Shown here in pieces: positions 1-9,671 of a stretch of DNA of 64,000 nucleotides. A program made the translations under genes and the position numbers. Within the stretch, counting starts at the first letter, position 1. Each line of letters starts with the position of its first letter. This stretch comes from a virus, in the IMG/VR virus record IMGVR_UViG_3300032285_001268, positions 64,001-128,000 of that record. One strand, written 5' to 3'. The notes beneath the pieces were generated by a model, which was not told the DNA's origin, made no database searches, and saw only the letters and a list, made by a program, of their open reading frames with translations.

Positions 1-411
1 GGTAAGTCCGTTATCTCCGCCGGCAGCATCATTGTCTAATTTCTGCTTCTTAAGCTGTAGATCTATCATTTTTAGCTTCTTATCTAACTTGGCTGTTTTA
101 GCTTGAATAGCATTGCCTAGCATACTAGCGGCTACTTCAAACAGACGTCCGCTGTATCTAGCTTCTACGTTCATACCTAAATCCATGATATCTTCATAGG
201 CATCAACTGCACGTTTGGCTAGATCATCTAACTCAGCGTCGCTAACATCTCCCAATCCCTTTACCTGCGGTAAAGCCGCTGAAATCTTGTCAAACTCTGA
301 AATATCACGAAGTAGTGGCTTGGCCGCTTCTTGTGGTTGTTTCTTTTCTTCTTGCTTGACAATCTTTTTGCTTTCGGGCAAATTTAATAGTTCTTCTAAT
401 TTTTTAGTCAT
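1..411 (-). CDS. Partial conserved phage protein (MTKKLEELLNLP...), helical; possibly terminase small subunit-like; runs off the window start
   Basis: Not in ORF track. ATG at 411, open frame of 137 codons to the window edge; directly downstream of gp4; TAAGTA 5 nt upstream of ATG. Function is inferred from context only. Confidence 0.6.
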   Translation of the reverse strand, partial: MTKKLEELLNLPESKKIVKQEEKKQPQEAAKPLLRDISEFDKISAALPQVKGLGDVSDAELDDLAKRAVDAYEDIMDLGMNVEARYSGRLFEVAASMLGNAIQAKTAKLDKKLKMIDLQLKKQKLDNDAAGGDNGLT

Positions 412-416
412 ACTAT

Positions 417-422
417 TACTTA
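417..422 (-). promoter_or_regulatory. Late-promoter variant TAAGTA, 5 nt upstream of ATG
   Basis: Same spacing to ATG as the TAAATA sites elsewhere; one mismatch. Confidence 0.4.
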
Positions 423-854
423 TCAGCCGCCGGTATGGAATAAATCATTTTCGTTAATGATTCTAAACTTAATACCCTGTTGTTTACACCAATGATTTGC
501 GGCTGCCCATTTTGCCTGATTTTTAACGAACTGTGCTTGATTATATTTGTTTTTGCCCACACGCTCTAGTATACTTTGACTCGCTGGTTTTATCTCAATT
601 AGTTCGACATTTGTTCGATTCATCTTGTCAGCATATTGTATGAAAAAATCTGGCACATATACTGTCTGTCTGCCAGTAAGCGGATCTCTGTAGGGTATTT
701 GTATCGCTTCGCTAGCCCATTTTTGTACACTAACATTCGTGTCACAAAAATTCATAAAACTCCACTCCCAACTGGATCTATATGTAGGAACCTTAGTACC
801 TACATACTTTTCCGGGTGTCGCATATTGAATTTACCACGAGCAAACTTTGCCAT
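423..854 (-). CDS. gp4: Head completion nuclease, T4 gp4-like (TnsA-like PD-(D/E)xK)
   Basis: YRSSWE, W.SE...IPY, YVPDFFI and ELIEIKP motifs. Confidence 0.85.
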   Translation of the reverse strand: MAKFARGKFNMRHPEKYVGTKVPTYRSSWEWSFMNFCDTNVSVQKWASEAIQIPYRDPLTGRQTVYVPDFFIQYADKMNRTNVELIEIKPASQSILERVGKNKYNQAQFVKNQAKWAAANHWCKQQGIKFRIINENDLFHTGG

Positions 855-855
855 G

Positions 856-1227
856 TTATACTAAGATGTTTCTACTTTCAAAGGTATCTTCTATCTTTGC
901 AACACGGTATCCTAGTAGACTAGTGTTTTCTCTGTAGGCATTGAGTACCTGCGCTACAATCTGACTAAGTTGAATGTCTGTCAGTGATTTTAGTGAGTCA
1001 AGTAAAGAAAACGGTGCTACGTTATCAATACGTGCTTGGTTTAATAGCACAATAGTAATGGATCGAGAACTGTCTTGGTCAAAGCCGCGTTTTAAAAAGA
1101 ATCCAACAACTGCATCAATTTCGTATGATGGAAAACTAACTTGTTGTTTAAAGAATTTATCAAAGAACGCTTTAGTTTGAATGTTGTTAACTGACTGCTG
1201 TAGTTGAGGTAGATTTAGTGTTGCCAT
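856..1227 (-). CDS. Conserved hypothetical phage protein (123 aa)
   Basis: Tightly packed in the tail operon; AGGAAA upstream of ATG. Confidence 0.75.
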   Translation of the reverse strand: MATLNLPQLQQSVNNIQTKAFFDKFFKQQVSFPSYEIDAVVGFFLKRGFDQDSSRSITIVLLNQARIDNVAPFSLLDSLKSLTDIQLSQIVAQVLNAYRENTSLLGYRVAKIEDTFESRNILV

Positions 1228-1228
1228 G

Positions 1229-2227
1229 TTATTTTCCTAGATTTACTTGACTAGCAATAATAGGACTTGATGTTTGTGCAACTGTAGAATTTGGAAAATT
1301 AATACCAAGCGTGTTGCCAGTTCCAGTTACGTTTGCTCCATCCACATTGATCACACCCATGTTTCCTGGAACTGTACCTTGACTAGCATTTTGATAGTTG
1401 TTTACAGTTTGTATCATGTTAGATAAAAAGTTATTTGCATTAGATTGATTGTTTTGACTGCTCAAAACACTACTAACACCGATACGAGTGTCGCCGACTA
1501 ATGGGCTAGGTGTTGGATCATAATGCTCTCTACCGAACCCTTCTATAGTATCGGAACCTACAACACCAAGACCATATTCTACTGCTTCGCATTGAAGTTT
1601 CATATCAAATTCTTGTGTTTGCTGGCCCTGCGCATAGTCTACTCTGTTGTAGTTCCAAAAAGTAATAATAGGATTAACGAGTTTATAACTGACAAACTCA
1701 TGACGAGCCATTTGATAGATAATAATATAATTAAAGAACGGTTCTGTACTTCCGTTGTCTAAACCATAGGGCTGAGTAATATAGTTAGAATTTTTTGTAG
1801 CAGTCCTACTGTACGCACCTGGAACTCCTGCACTATTAAAATCAGCATAGTAATAGCTGTAATAATTTTGCCATAGTTGATTTATTATGCCTGTATTATC
1901 ATCATGAAATTTCATAGTAATTTCACCAGGCTTAGATTGATATTGCATTACTTTTTTTCTGTTATACTGATTTAACAATTCTGTCGAAACAGTATAGCTA
2001 GGCAAGTCTGTGCTTTTAACCAACATACCAATAGTTGATCCAAATCTTTCAACTAGGTCAGTAGTTCTAAGTGCGCCCTTGTTAAGACTAAATGCCACAT
2101 GGAATAAAAATTTAGATTTTGGTGCCAGCGCAAATTGTTCGTCCGCAAATAGACGAGCCGCATGCTGTTGATCTCGTAGACTAATATACGGATCGGAAAC
2201 TAGTTCATTGGTGGGAGTGAATGACAT
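1229..2227 (-). CDS. Tail tube-fold protein (gp19 paralogue; gp54/gp48-like tube initiator)
   Basis: VKSTDLPSY...NQYNRK...ITMKFHDD tube-fold motif; adjacent to gp19. Confidence 0.7.
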   Translation of the reverse strand: MSFTPTNELVSDPYISLRDQQHAARLFADEQFALAPKSKFLFHVAFSLNKGALRTTDLVERFGSTIGMLVKSTDLPSYTVSTELLNQYNRKKVMQYQSKPGEITMKFHDDNTGIINQLWQNYYSYYYADFNSAGVPGAYSRTATKNSNYITQPYGLDNGSTEPFFNYIIIYQMARHEFVSYKLVNPIITFWNYNRVDYAQGQQTQEFDMKLQCEAVEYGLGVVGSDTIEGFGREHYDPTPSPLVGDTRIGVSSVLSSQNNQSNANNFLSNMIQTVNNYQNASQGTVPGNMGVINVDGANVTGTGNTLGINFPNSTVAQTSSPIIASQVNLGK

Positions 2228-2232
2228 AATAT

Positions 2233-2239
2233 TATTTAT
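2233..2239 (-). promoter_or_regulatory. T4-type late promoter ATAAATA (5 nt before ATG)
   Basis: Match to T4 gp55 consensus TATAAATA. Confidence 0.65.
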
Positions 2240-2273
2240 TAACGGTTATTATCTACGCACTTAATGATTATGC

Positions 2274-2298
2274 ATAAAAAAGCCCACTAATGTGGGCT
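2274..2298 (-). terminator. Rho-independent terminator after gp19
   Basis: AGCCCAC-ATTA-GTGGGCT hairpin followed by a T run on the minus strand. Confidence 0.8.
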
Positions 2299-2304
2299 TG
2301 TTTA

Positions 2305-2952
2305 TTAACCGATTTGACCGCCGCCGCCAGTAGCATTAGTACTACGAGTTTGTTTAAACCCTGGTGTACCAAATCCAGCTGAAGGTCCAATTTGAACAGC
2401 ATTATCCATTTGGATACTGATGTCGATGGTCATCACTGCTTGTTGTGTATATGTTACTGTATTGTAGTTTGTCGATGCTAGATAACAACCATAGCACTCC
2501 CATGTTTCAAGAACATTAGGACCGCCTGTTGGATCAGCACCGTTACCGCCGTCTAACATTTCAATACGCATGGTAAACTTATAGTCACCGCCTGATGCCG
2601 CTGAACTTTGTTCAAAGAAGTCAAACTGTTTCTGATTTTGTTCACCAACTAGCTTGCTAACAGCACCAGTTACATCATCGCGTAACTTGATTGTTAATGG
2701 TTGCCACTTAGGACGACCAGCATAGTGAATTGTTGAGTTGTACACTTGAAGTGTTTGATCTTCAAACTGTACGTTTGGACGAGCCGCATCTTGAACTTGT
2801 TTTGTAAGTTCAGTTGTTGAACCGCTTACACCAAAATTTTCAAAACTAACTCTAAAACGGTACTGCAACTTAGGCATTAACATGCCCTGTGTTGATGCGC
2901 TTTGATTAGAAGCTAGCGGTACTGTAAATCTTGATAATGACGCAATTGACAT
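2305..2952 (-). CDS. gp19: Tail tube protein
   Basis: LMPKLQYRFRV, RPNVQFE, YAGRPKWQPLTIKLRDD, ETWECYGC motifs; directly after the sheath gene. Confidence 0.85.
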   Translation of the reverse strand: MSIASLSRFTVPLASNQSASTQGMLMPKLQYRFRVSFENFGVSGSTTELTKQVQDAARPNVQFEDQTLQVYNSTIHYAGRPKWQPLTIKLRDDVTGAVSKLVGEQNQKQFDFFEQSSAASGGDYKFTMRIEMLDGGNGADPTGGPNVLETWECYGCYLASTNYNTVTYTQQAVMTIDISIQMDNAVQIGPSAGFGTPGFKQTRSTNATGGGGQIG

Positions 2953-2966
2953 TTAATTTCTCCTAA

Positions 2967-5900
2967 TTATTTTCCGCCCAAGCCTTTAATGGCTCCGGTG
3001 TTTTCTAAACGCAACGGTATGTAAATAAATTCTACTGCTTTAACAGGTTCAATTGCTATGTCAAGATGCAATTCGTTACGATCAATTCTTGCAGGTGTGT
3101 TGTTGCTAGTGTCACACACAACTAAGTAATCGTAAATGGCACGCTGACCTACTAATTCTAACATTAGGCTTTCTGCTGCCTGCTTAATTTCATTACGAGT
3201 AATTGTATCGTTTGGTTCAAACACATATGGTTTTGCCAATCTGTCAAGCTGTCTACGTAGATAAACAACTAAACGTGCTACGTTGATACGATCTAATGAA
3301 CTTGCAACTAGCTGACGTGTTTTTTGTCCGTAAGCCACTAAACCTACACCTGTTAAGTATGTAATTGGGTTTACGTTGTTTAATTGCAATGTATCACGTT
3401 GTCCTGTGTTTAATGCTACTGCATTAAATTCTCCAGTTTGTCCATCAACATATCCAACTGAGCTAGCGTTAGTAATACCACCACGACGTACACCAGCTGG
3501 TGCAAACCAAGGATAACTTACGTTGTCATTTAATGCAATAGTACGTAACATCATGTGGCTCGGTGGAACAACAATGTTGTTACCTAACAAGTCTGTTGAG
3601 TAGCCCCATGGATAGTAAATTCCGATATATGCATCTGTAGTTACTAGTCCTTCTTCGCTGTCAGTAACTGCGCTATTAACGTTCTGTGCCCAGTTGCCTA
3701 GTGTAGTTGCATCTGGTTTTAAACGTGCTGGAGTATCAGCAACAATAAATGCTGTTAGGCCGCGATCGTAGTTTAATGATTTCAATGCTGGAGTTGTTTC
3801 AATATAACCTGGGCATGATATTAAATTAAACACACGAGATTCGTTATCACGAATTTCTTGGTTACTATTAATTGTAGCATTTAACGCTGTTACAACAACT
3901 TCACGAACTGCCTTGCGTCCAAAACTTCCTGAACCATCAGCTTGATTAGCCGCGTAGCTTACCCAACGATCTGGGAAGTATGAGCTCATTAGTTCGTTGC
4001 TATGACGTGGATTTCTGTTGCTTGTGTTGATATGATTTTTAACATATTTCTTAACATTGAATCCTGAACGACGTAGATTCCATAACAACATTCCTTTTGG
4101 AAATAATGCTGGATCTGGTGCGTCTGGATCTAAAAAGTCACTGCTTAGTAAATTTATAATAGTACTTGGTGTATCAACAGTACCATTAGTATTCCAACGT
4201 GCATCTGCAAACAAAACACCGTTTTCACTAACTTGGTCAGTCTTGTCAACTAATACCCATAATTTTGTTGTAAAATTATACTTGTAAATTACTGGGAAAT
4301 TTTCAATATCCGCAGTATCGATCCATAGATCGCCGTTAGCCAATGCAGTGCCATCGCTTTGTACAGTAGGTTGTGTTGCTGAAACAATCGGACCAGCTGG
4401 GTCAGTTGTCGAACCGCCTGCTTGATTTTGTGTGAAGTTCAAATAGCCAACCCATGTTGTACCATTGTTAACCATGATATCGATTGCGCCAGTAATGTTA
4501 GTATCATACCAGATAGTACCATCTGCGGCTGTGCTAGTTGGAGCAGAGTTGCTCACATTAGCAAATCCTAATTGTGTACCAGGTGCTACCGAACTCCATA
4601 AGCTAGCAACGTAGCTTCCGTTGGTGCCTGTTGGGCTAGAATAAAAATTAGTTGTAATGCCTGGGGTAAACAACTTACCGACTGGGCCAGTTGTTGCGTT
4701 TGGCGTTGTATCAACTAAGCGGAAGTCACCGCCTGCAATATGTGAAATTGTAATTGTATTATCAGAATTTAATGTTGCTACCAAATTTGAATTTGGTAAA
4801 GCGGCTGTAAATGCTGTTAAAAATGCCTGAGCATCTGCTGTTGCATTTCCTGTTGCTGTGAAACTAACTGTAGTAGACGCTGTTAAACTTGTGCTACCGA
4901 TCACGCTTTCTTGTACTGTAAATGCGTTAGCACCAGAAACAAATGTTGATGCTTGTACAGGAACTGATACAATAGATGCAGCACCTGCACCAGTTCTAAT
5001 GTATAATTTAAAGTTAGACAATGCTGGAGCAACTTCACCGTCATTGTATTTTACATAGATAGATCCTGTAGCTAGATTTGCACCGCCACCTGTTGGATCT
5101 AATACAGCTAATGCGCTTTGTCCGTTTGCGCTAACTGAAACTTTTTGTTCTACCCATGCACTAGTAGTTGCATTGTATTTTTTAACCACCCAATCAGCAC
5201 CAAGATTTGGCTGGGTTGTCTTAACCCAAATAGAACCAGTTGGATAACCATTTGCTGAACTTGTATTATCAGTTCTCTTGAATGTTGGAACTTGATAGTG
5301 CGGAGCAATTACTAAACTTGGAGCAAGATATGTAGTTGAAGACAATCCAACTTTTGCTACAGATGTACCGCTTAGTACAATTGAAACACCTGTTGAAAAT
5401 AAATTCAAATAACCGTTAATATTGCCTGCTGTAACACCAGTGATATTTGCGGCATTGATTGCAGTGATTAAACCAGTTAAGGTTGTTTGTCCTGTAATAG
5501 TATTACCGTTGATAACCAGTGTATCACCTGATAATAATGTTATGCTAGAATTAGGAGTTGTACCAGTCGCTGTAGGCCAACTTGCGGCCCATGCACTAGT
5601 TCCAACTTCTACCCACACACCTGCGGCACTTGCTGAGAGATATTTTTTAAAGAATAATTTTTGTAGTGTTGTAACCGCTACAATAGCGTAGTCACCAATC
5701 GCACCAACGCTTGGATTAATTGTTGTATAGGTTAATGTTGAACCATTCCAGTTAGATAATTTACTAGTATCTGTAATTACAGTAACTGATTGATTTGTAA
5801 ATGTTTGGCCGCCAGTTGTAGTAGCTGCCGCTGAATTCCATTCGAAGATACCGTATTTTGTACCTACAGTGTCTAACCAAATTGTGCCATCTGGAGGTGG

Positions 5901-6287
5901 GCTTGTTGGAGTGTTTGTCGATCCGCTTAGTGATGCTAGGTCAACATCTGCACGTACAACATACGCACGATTGCTTACTCCTAAGAAGCTGTATGCGGCT
6001 TCTAGACCATATTCGTTTTGTTCTCCAGCGTGGATCGGATTGTTTTCTGCGTCGGTATAAAACTTTGGAATACCGAATGTGTCAGAAACATCTTTCTGGC
6101 TGGTTAATAAGTAAACCTTACCAGCGTTTGCCGCTGTTGTGCCGGGAGCAGTACCTGTTCCTGCACCGTTAGCTTTGTTTTGCGCTGACGCAACAACAAA
6201 CAAAGGAACTGTACCTGCTGCCGCCGGAGTATAAAAACTCTCATCAACGACTGTTACCGATACGCCTGGTGAATTTAATGTAGCCAT
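2967..6287 (-). CDS. gp18: Tail sheath protein with large internal insertion (1106 aa)
   Basis: SPGVSVTVVDES N-terminus; PWFAPAG.RRG, NVNPI, RINVARL, FEPND.ITR, PVKAVEFIYIP C-terminal sheath motifs. Confidence 0.92.
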   Translation of the reverse strand: MATLNSPGVSVTVVDESFYTPAAAGTVPLFVVASAQNKANGAGTGTAPGTTAANAGKVYLLTSQKDVSDTFGIPKFYTDAENNPIHAGEQNEYGLEAAYSFLGVSNRAYVVRADVDLASLSGSTNTPTSPPPDGTIWLDTVGTKYGIFEWNSAAATTTGGQTFTNQSVTVITDTSKLSNWNGSTLTYTTINPSVGAIGDYAIVAVTTLQKLFFKKYLSASAAGVWVEVGTSAWAASWPTATGTTPNSSITLLSGDTLVINGNTITGQTTLTGLITAINAANITGVTAGNINGYLNLFSTGVSIVLSGTSVAKVGLSSTTYLAPSLVIAPHYQVPTFKRTDNTSSANGYPTGSIWVKTTQPNLGADWVVKKYNATTSAWVEQKVSVSANGQSALAVLDPTGGGANLATGSIYVKYNDGEVAPALSNFKLYIRTGAGAASIVSVPVQASTFVSGANAFTVQESVIGSTSLTASTTVSFTATGNATADAQAFLTAFTAALPNSNLVATLNSDNTITISHIAGGDFRLVDTTPNATTGPVGKLFTPGITTNFYSSPTGTNGSYVASLWSSVAPGTQLGFANVSNSAPTSTAADGTIWYDTNITGAIDIMVNNGTTWVGYLNFTQNQAGGSTTDPAGPIVSATQPTVQSDGTALANGDLWIDTADIENFPVIYKYNFTTKLWVLVDKTDQVSENGVLFADARWNTNGTVDTPSTIINLLSSDFLDPDAPDPALFPKGMLLWNLRRSGFNVKKYVKNHINTSNRNPRHSNELMSSYFPDRWVSYAANQADGSGSFGRKAVREVVVTALNATINSNQEIRDNESRVFNLISCPGYIETTPALKSLNYDRGLTAFIVADTPARLKPDATTLGNWAQNVNSAVTDSEEGLVTTDAYIGIYYPWGYSTDLLGNNIVVPPSHMMLRTIALNDNVSYPWFAPAGVRRGGITNASSVGYVDGQTGEFNAVALNTGQRDTLQLNNVNPITYLTGVGLVAYGQKTRQLVASSLDRINVARLVVYLRRQLDRLAKPYVFEPNDTITRNEIKQAAESLMLELVGQRAIYDYLVVCDTSNNTPARIDRNELHLDIAIEPVKAVEFIYIPLRLENTGAIKGLGGK

Positions 6288-6320
6288 TCTTTTCTCTCCA
6301 TGATGACATGTGCTTAGTAG

Positions 6321-6328
6321 TATTTATA
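6321..6328 (-). promoter_or_regulatory. Late promoter TATAAATA for the sheath-tube operon
   Basis: Exact T4 late consensus; GGAGAG SD downstream. Confidence 0.8.
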
Positions 6329-6382
6329 GCTTTTGGACTTTTTATGCTAGTTAAAGCACCGAGAAAAGGGGCAAAAAAGGCT

Positions 6383-6388
6383 TAAATA
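6383..6388 (+). promoter_or_regulatory. Late promoter TAAATA (5 nt before the HNH ATG)
   Basis: Core consensus at the same spacing as other sites. Confidence 0.5.
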
Positions 6389-6393
6389 TTTTT

Positions 6394-6729
6394 ATGAGAC
6401 CATTATGCACCTGCGGGTATAGACCAGCCGCTATTAACTATGTTAAGAACGGTCGTACTTACTATCGAAAACTATGCGAAGCCTGCCTTAAGGGCGGAAA
6501 ATATGCTGGTATTGCCAGGTGGCATCGTGCTGGTTATAAAATAAAAACCCAATGCGATAAATGTGGATTTAGATCACCGCACACAGAAGTGTTTAATGTT
6601 TTTCACGTAGACGGTGATCTAAATAACTGCAAACATACTAATCTTAAGACGGTATGTGCAAACTGTCAGCGAACTCTGCATAAAGAGGGAGTGGTGTGGC
6701 GTCAGGGCGATTTAACACCAGACTTTTAA
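6394..6729 (+). CDS. Small Zn-finger HNH endonuclease-like protein
   Basis: CxC, CxxC, CxxC, then HVDGDLNNC..TNL..VCANC HNH motif. Confidence 0.7.
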   Translation: MRPLCTCGYRPAAINYVKNGRTYYRKLCEACLKGGKYAGIARWHRAGYKIKTQCDKCGFRSPHTEVFNVFHVDGDLNNCKHTNLKTVCANCQRTLHKEGVVWRQGDLTPDF

Positions 6730-7324
6730 CTTGAGTGTATAGATCATCAATAGTTTCGTTGTTGTCTAATACATAGTCAAAATTAGTGCCAACCCATGCA
6801 GTTTCGCTAGCGTGTATGCCGTAACTGGCTAGCTTTTCTTTGAACATATCCATGCCCTCGTTGGCGTATTTTGCCACAGCATACCATTCGGGTTCCTCAC
6901 CACGAACTACACGGATAACGATTCCGCCCGCATCTTTGATTGATTTAATTTCGTTAGGGAAACGACAGTCGCTGATAACAATGTCGTCTTTACTATTACG
7001 GAGTTTGTTTTCTAGACTAGCAATCCATATATCATCGTGGAATGCTTTGCGGCATACTTCTGTGCCCCAATATTGTAGTACCCATCGAGGAGTTAAGTTG
7101 GGCATATTCAAGCGTTCGCTCCACCACGGATCTACTTGCTCACGCCATTCGCGAGCAGTTTTTGTTCGGCCTTCTAGCATTGTTCGGTCCCAACCGAATA
7201 CTTGTGCTACTGCATCTTTGAGTGAATTTGCAAACGATTCTCGACGAAAACCGTGAAAGTTAGTAAGATAATCGGCAATAGTATCCTTGCCAGAACCGAT
7301 AAAACCGCACACACCAATAATCAT
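6644..7324 (-). CDS. gp1: Deoxynucleoside monophosphate kinase (T4 gp1-like)
   Basis: IIGVCGFIGSGKDT P-loop; FANSLKDAV, PRWVLQYWGTEVCR, ISDCRFPNE motifs. Confidence 0.9.
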   Translation of the reverse strand: MIIGVCGFIGSGKDTIADYLTNFHGFRRESFANSLKDAVAQVFGWDRTMLEGRTKTAREWREQVDPWWSERLNMPNLTPRWVLQYWGTEVCRKAFHDDIWIASLENKLRNSKDDIVISDCRFPNEIKSIKDAGGIVIRVVRGEEPEWYAVAKYANEGMDMFKEKLASYGIHASETAWVGTNFDYVLDNNETIDDLYTQVKSLVLNRPDATPLPLYAEFADSLHIPS

Positions 7325-7345
7325 AGAGCCCCCTAAAGTAACTCT

Positions 7346-7374
7346 AGTATATAACAGTTTTATTACAAGGTCAA
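7346..7374 (-). promoter_or_regulatory. Sigma70-type promoter for dNMP kinase
   Basis: TTGACC-N17-TATACT on the minus strand, about 20 nt upstream of ATG. Confidence 0.7.
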
Positions 7375-7382
7375 ATTATTTG

Positions 7383-8168
7383 TTAGCCAAGAACAAAATA
7401 GTAGCCCGATCCACCAGCAACGTAGGTGTCCAATTCTTTATCGAGTCTTTCAAAATCTTCTTTTGCACTATTTTTTAAATCAGTACCATTTAGAGTAATG
7501 GGACTTTGTGGGCCAGCAATACTAGCAAACTTACTACGTGCTTCGCCCAAAATTTGTTTACATACTGCTAGGGAATAATCACGTAGCCATTGCTTGGCTT
7601 GGTAATCCTGTAGTAATACCCAGTCTGGTCGATAGTTGTAGCTCTGTACTAGAATCTGTTCGCCTTGGGCAAACGGGCGTTGTAGAATAGTTAAGGTGTG
7701 ACTTGTTGGTTTCCAAGCAAATTCAATATAGCTACCAAACATGCGTCCTACCAGTTTCTGATAGCCAGCAAACATGTCGTAAGTTGCTAGACCGCCCATC
7801 ATACTACCGCTCATCAAGTAGGTGTTTGTGTACGCCAAGTTGAACGGCTCGAACAATGTTCCGCCTGCACCTAAACCACTCCTTGAACCCACTGCTCTGC
7901 GGAATACTTGACGAACTGTCATAACTTCGTCCGGTAATCTATACTCGTTAATGTCCTGTATGAGTTCTAAAAACAAGTAACTTTCTTCTACAGCATTGGG
8001 GCTTTTTTGACGATAGCGTGTTAATGCACGATCTAGCGCAGTTTCATAATGTATAGGGTCTAGTTCTACTTCGATCATGCCGTCGCCCAACATGTTCTTA
8101 ACATAGCTAAAAACCTTGTTGCGTTCTACGGTAGAATTAGATTCAACTGATGATGGTAAATCGTCCAT
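7383..8168 (-). CDS. gp13: Neck protein gp13-like; start reassigned from 8228 to 8168
   Basis: LGDGMIEVELDP.HY..ALD.AL, W..DYSLA.CK..LGEARSKF..I.GP....LNG motifs; GGAGAG SD and late promoter upstream of ATG 8168. Confidence 0.85.
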   Translation of the reverse strand: MDDLPSSVESNSTVERNKVFSYVKNMLGDGMIEVELDPIHYETALDRALTRYRQKSPNAVEESYLFLELIQDINEYRLPDEVMTVRQVFRRAVGSRSGLGAGGTLFEPFNLAYTNTYLMSGSMMGGLATYDMFAGYQKLVGRMFGSYIEFAWKPTSHTLTILQRPFAQGEQILVQSYNYRPDWVLLQDYQAKQWLRDYSLAVCKQILGEARSKFASIAGPQSPITLNGTDLKNSAKEDFERLDKELDTYVAGGSGYYFVLG

Positions 8169-8185
8169 AATTTGCTCTCCATACA

Positions 8186-8192
8186 TATTTAT
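8186..8192 (-). promoter_or_regulatory. Late promoter ATAAATA (gp13)
   Basis: Consensus match; back-to-back with the gp14 promoter. Confidence 0.7.
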
Positions 8193-8217
8193 CGTCATTA
8201 GGCGAGAGTATATTGCG

Positions 8218-8224
8218 ATAAATA
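8218..8224 (+). promoter_or_regulatory. Late promoter ATAAATA (gp14; 4 nt before ATG)
   Basis: Consensus match; no SD present. Confidence 0.7.
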
Positions 8225-8228
8225 TCAT

Positions 8229-9671
8229 ATGCCACGTTTATCCTTATACAAGCCCGAAAAAGGCAACGACTATAAATTTATAGATCGCCAAGCTAGCGAG
8301 ATGTTTCAAGCTGGCGGTACAGATGTGTATTTGCACAAATATTTAGGGTCAAATACCGACCCTGCGAATGCCACAGCCGCTACTCCAAACTATTCAACAC
8401 TTAGCCCAACAAATATCCAAGATTTACTATTTTTAGAAAATCGAGATAGAACTTACGATACTGAAATTTATCGTATCCGAGGCATATACAATGTTCAAAA
8501 TATTGACTTTAATCTAAGTCAATTTGGCCTGTTTATTGATAACGACACATTGTTTATGACTGTGCATATTAACGATTTTATCAAGTATGTGGGTCGAAAA
8601 CCAATCAGCGGCGATGTATTAGAATTACCACATCTAAGAGATACGTTTGCACTCGACGACCACGACGTTAGTTTACCTCGATACTATGTTATAGAGGACG
8701 TTGGCCGTGCAAGTGAAGGATTTTCAGTAACATGGTTTCCACATTTATATCGATTAAAACTTAAGAAGGTTACTGATAGCCAACAGTTTTCACAACTGTT
8801 CAGCCAACCTGTGCTTGATTCTAACGGTGACGCTACTAATACCACACTCAAAGAATTGTTGAGTACATATAACAATGAGTTGGCTATTAATGATCAACTT
8901 ATTGCTCAAGCTGAAGATGATGCTCCTAAGAGTGGTTATGAAACTAGACAGTTCTATACACTATCTGTTGACTCTAAGGGAGTTCCAGTTTTAAACACTG
9001 CCGACGAAGATGATATCGACGCTAGTTCAATGGGGTCTTCTATACATGCTAGTCAAGTTGATGCTGTACCGCAACGTAGCGGATATACTGGATACTTGCT
9101 AGGTGATGGTTTCCCTGTTAACGGATACGATTTTGGATTTGGTATTCAATTCCCTGCATCTGCGGCCAAGGAAGATTTCTTTCTAAGAACAGATTTTTTA
9201 CCTAATAGATTATTTAAATTTGATGGTATTCGTTGGATTAAAGTTGAAGACGCTGTTCGGATGACTATGACTAATAACGATTCTCGCCAGACTCTCAAGA
9301 CAGGATTTATCAATAACGATAAATTTACCTATAATGACGAACTTGCTTCTGATGTAGTTGTCTTGACTGCTGGAGATCATATAATTAACACGACTATTGA
9401 TTACCAAGTACCATTATACGTAACACTAAAACTAGAAACTATTATATTAGAATACGCATTGTCAGACTATTCTGGATTAGTTTCTAGCTACGCTTATACA
9501 GATCCAACGACCCATACAACTAGCAATAAAATTAGAATTACACTACCTATTATATCAACAACACAGCAAACGATCCCATATAACGGACAGTGGACTGTGA
9601 AAATCTATAACTACAGAGAATCACAAAAACAAAGCCTTAGCAAGGCTCTTAGACCTAAGGCAGATTTATAA
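8229..9671 (+). CDS. gp14: Neck protein gp14-like with C-terminal extension
   Basis: QDLLFLENRDR.YD, DFNLSQFGLF, GRKP..GDVLELPHL motifs; divergent from gp13. Confidence 0.75.
   Translation: MPRLSLYKPEKGNDYKFIDRQASEMFQAGGTDVYLHKYLGSNTDPANATAATPNYSTLSPTNIQDLLFLENRDRTYDTEIYRIRGIYNVQNIDFNLSQFGLFIDNDTLFMTVHINDFIKYVGRKPISGDVLELPHLRDTFALDDHDVSLPRYYVIEDVGRASEGFSVTWFPHLYRLKLKKVTDSQQFSQLFSQPVLDSNGDATNTTLKELLSTYNNELAINDQLIAQAEDDAPKSGYETRQFYTLSVDSKGVPVLNTADEDDIDASSMGSSIHASQVDAVPQRSGYTGYLLGDGFPVNGYDFGFGIQFPASAAKEDFFLRTDFLPNRLFKFDGIRWIKVEDAVRMTMTNNDSRQTLKTGFINNDKFTYNDELASDVVVLTAGDHIINTTIDYQVPLYVTLKLETIILEYALSDYSGLVSSYAYTDPTTHTTSNKIRITLPIISTTQQTIPYNGQWTVKIYNYRESQKQSLSKALRPKADL

Noticed and set aside
8169-8228. 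N-terminal extensions in the ORF track for gp13 (to 8228), the 188-aa ORF (to 52601) and the acidic core protein (to 56528)
   Set aside because: Each extension crosses a promoter or terminator; downstream ATGs (8168, 52547, 56477) have an SD or the promoter spacing seen elsewhere.
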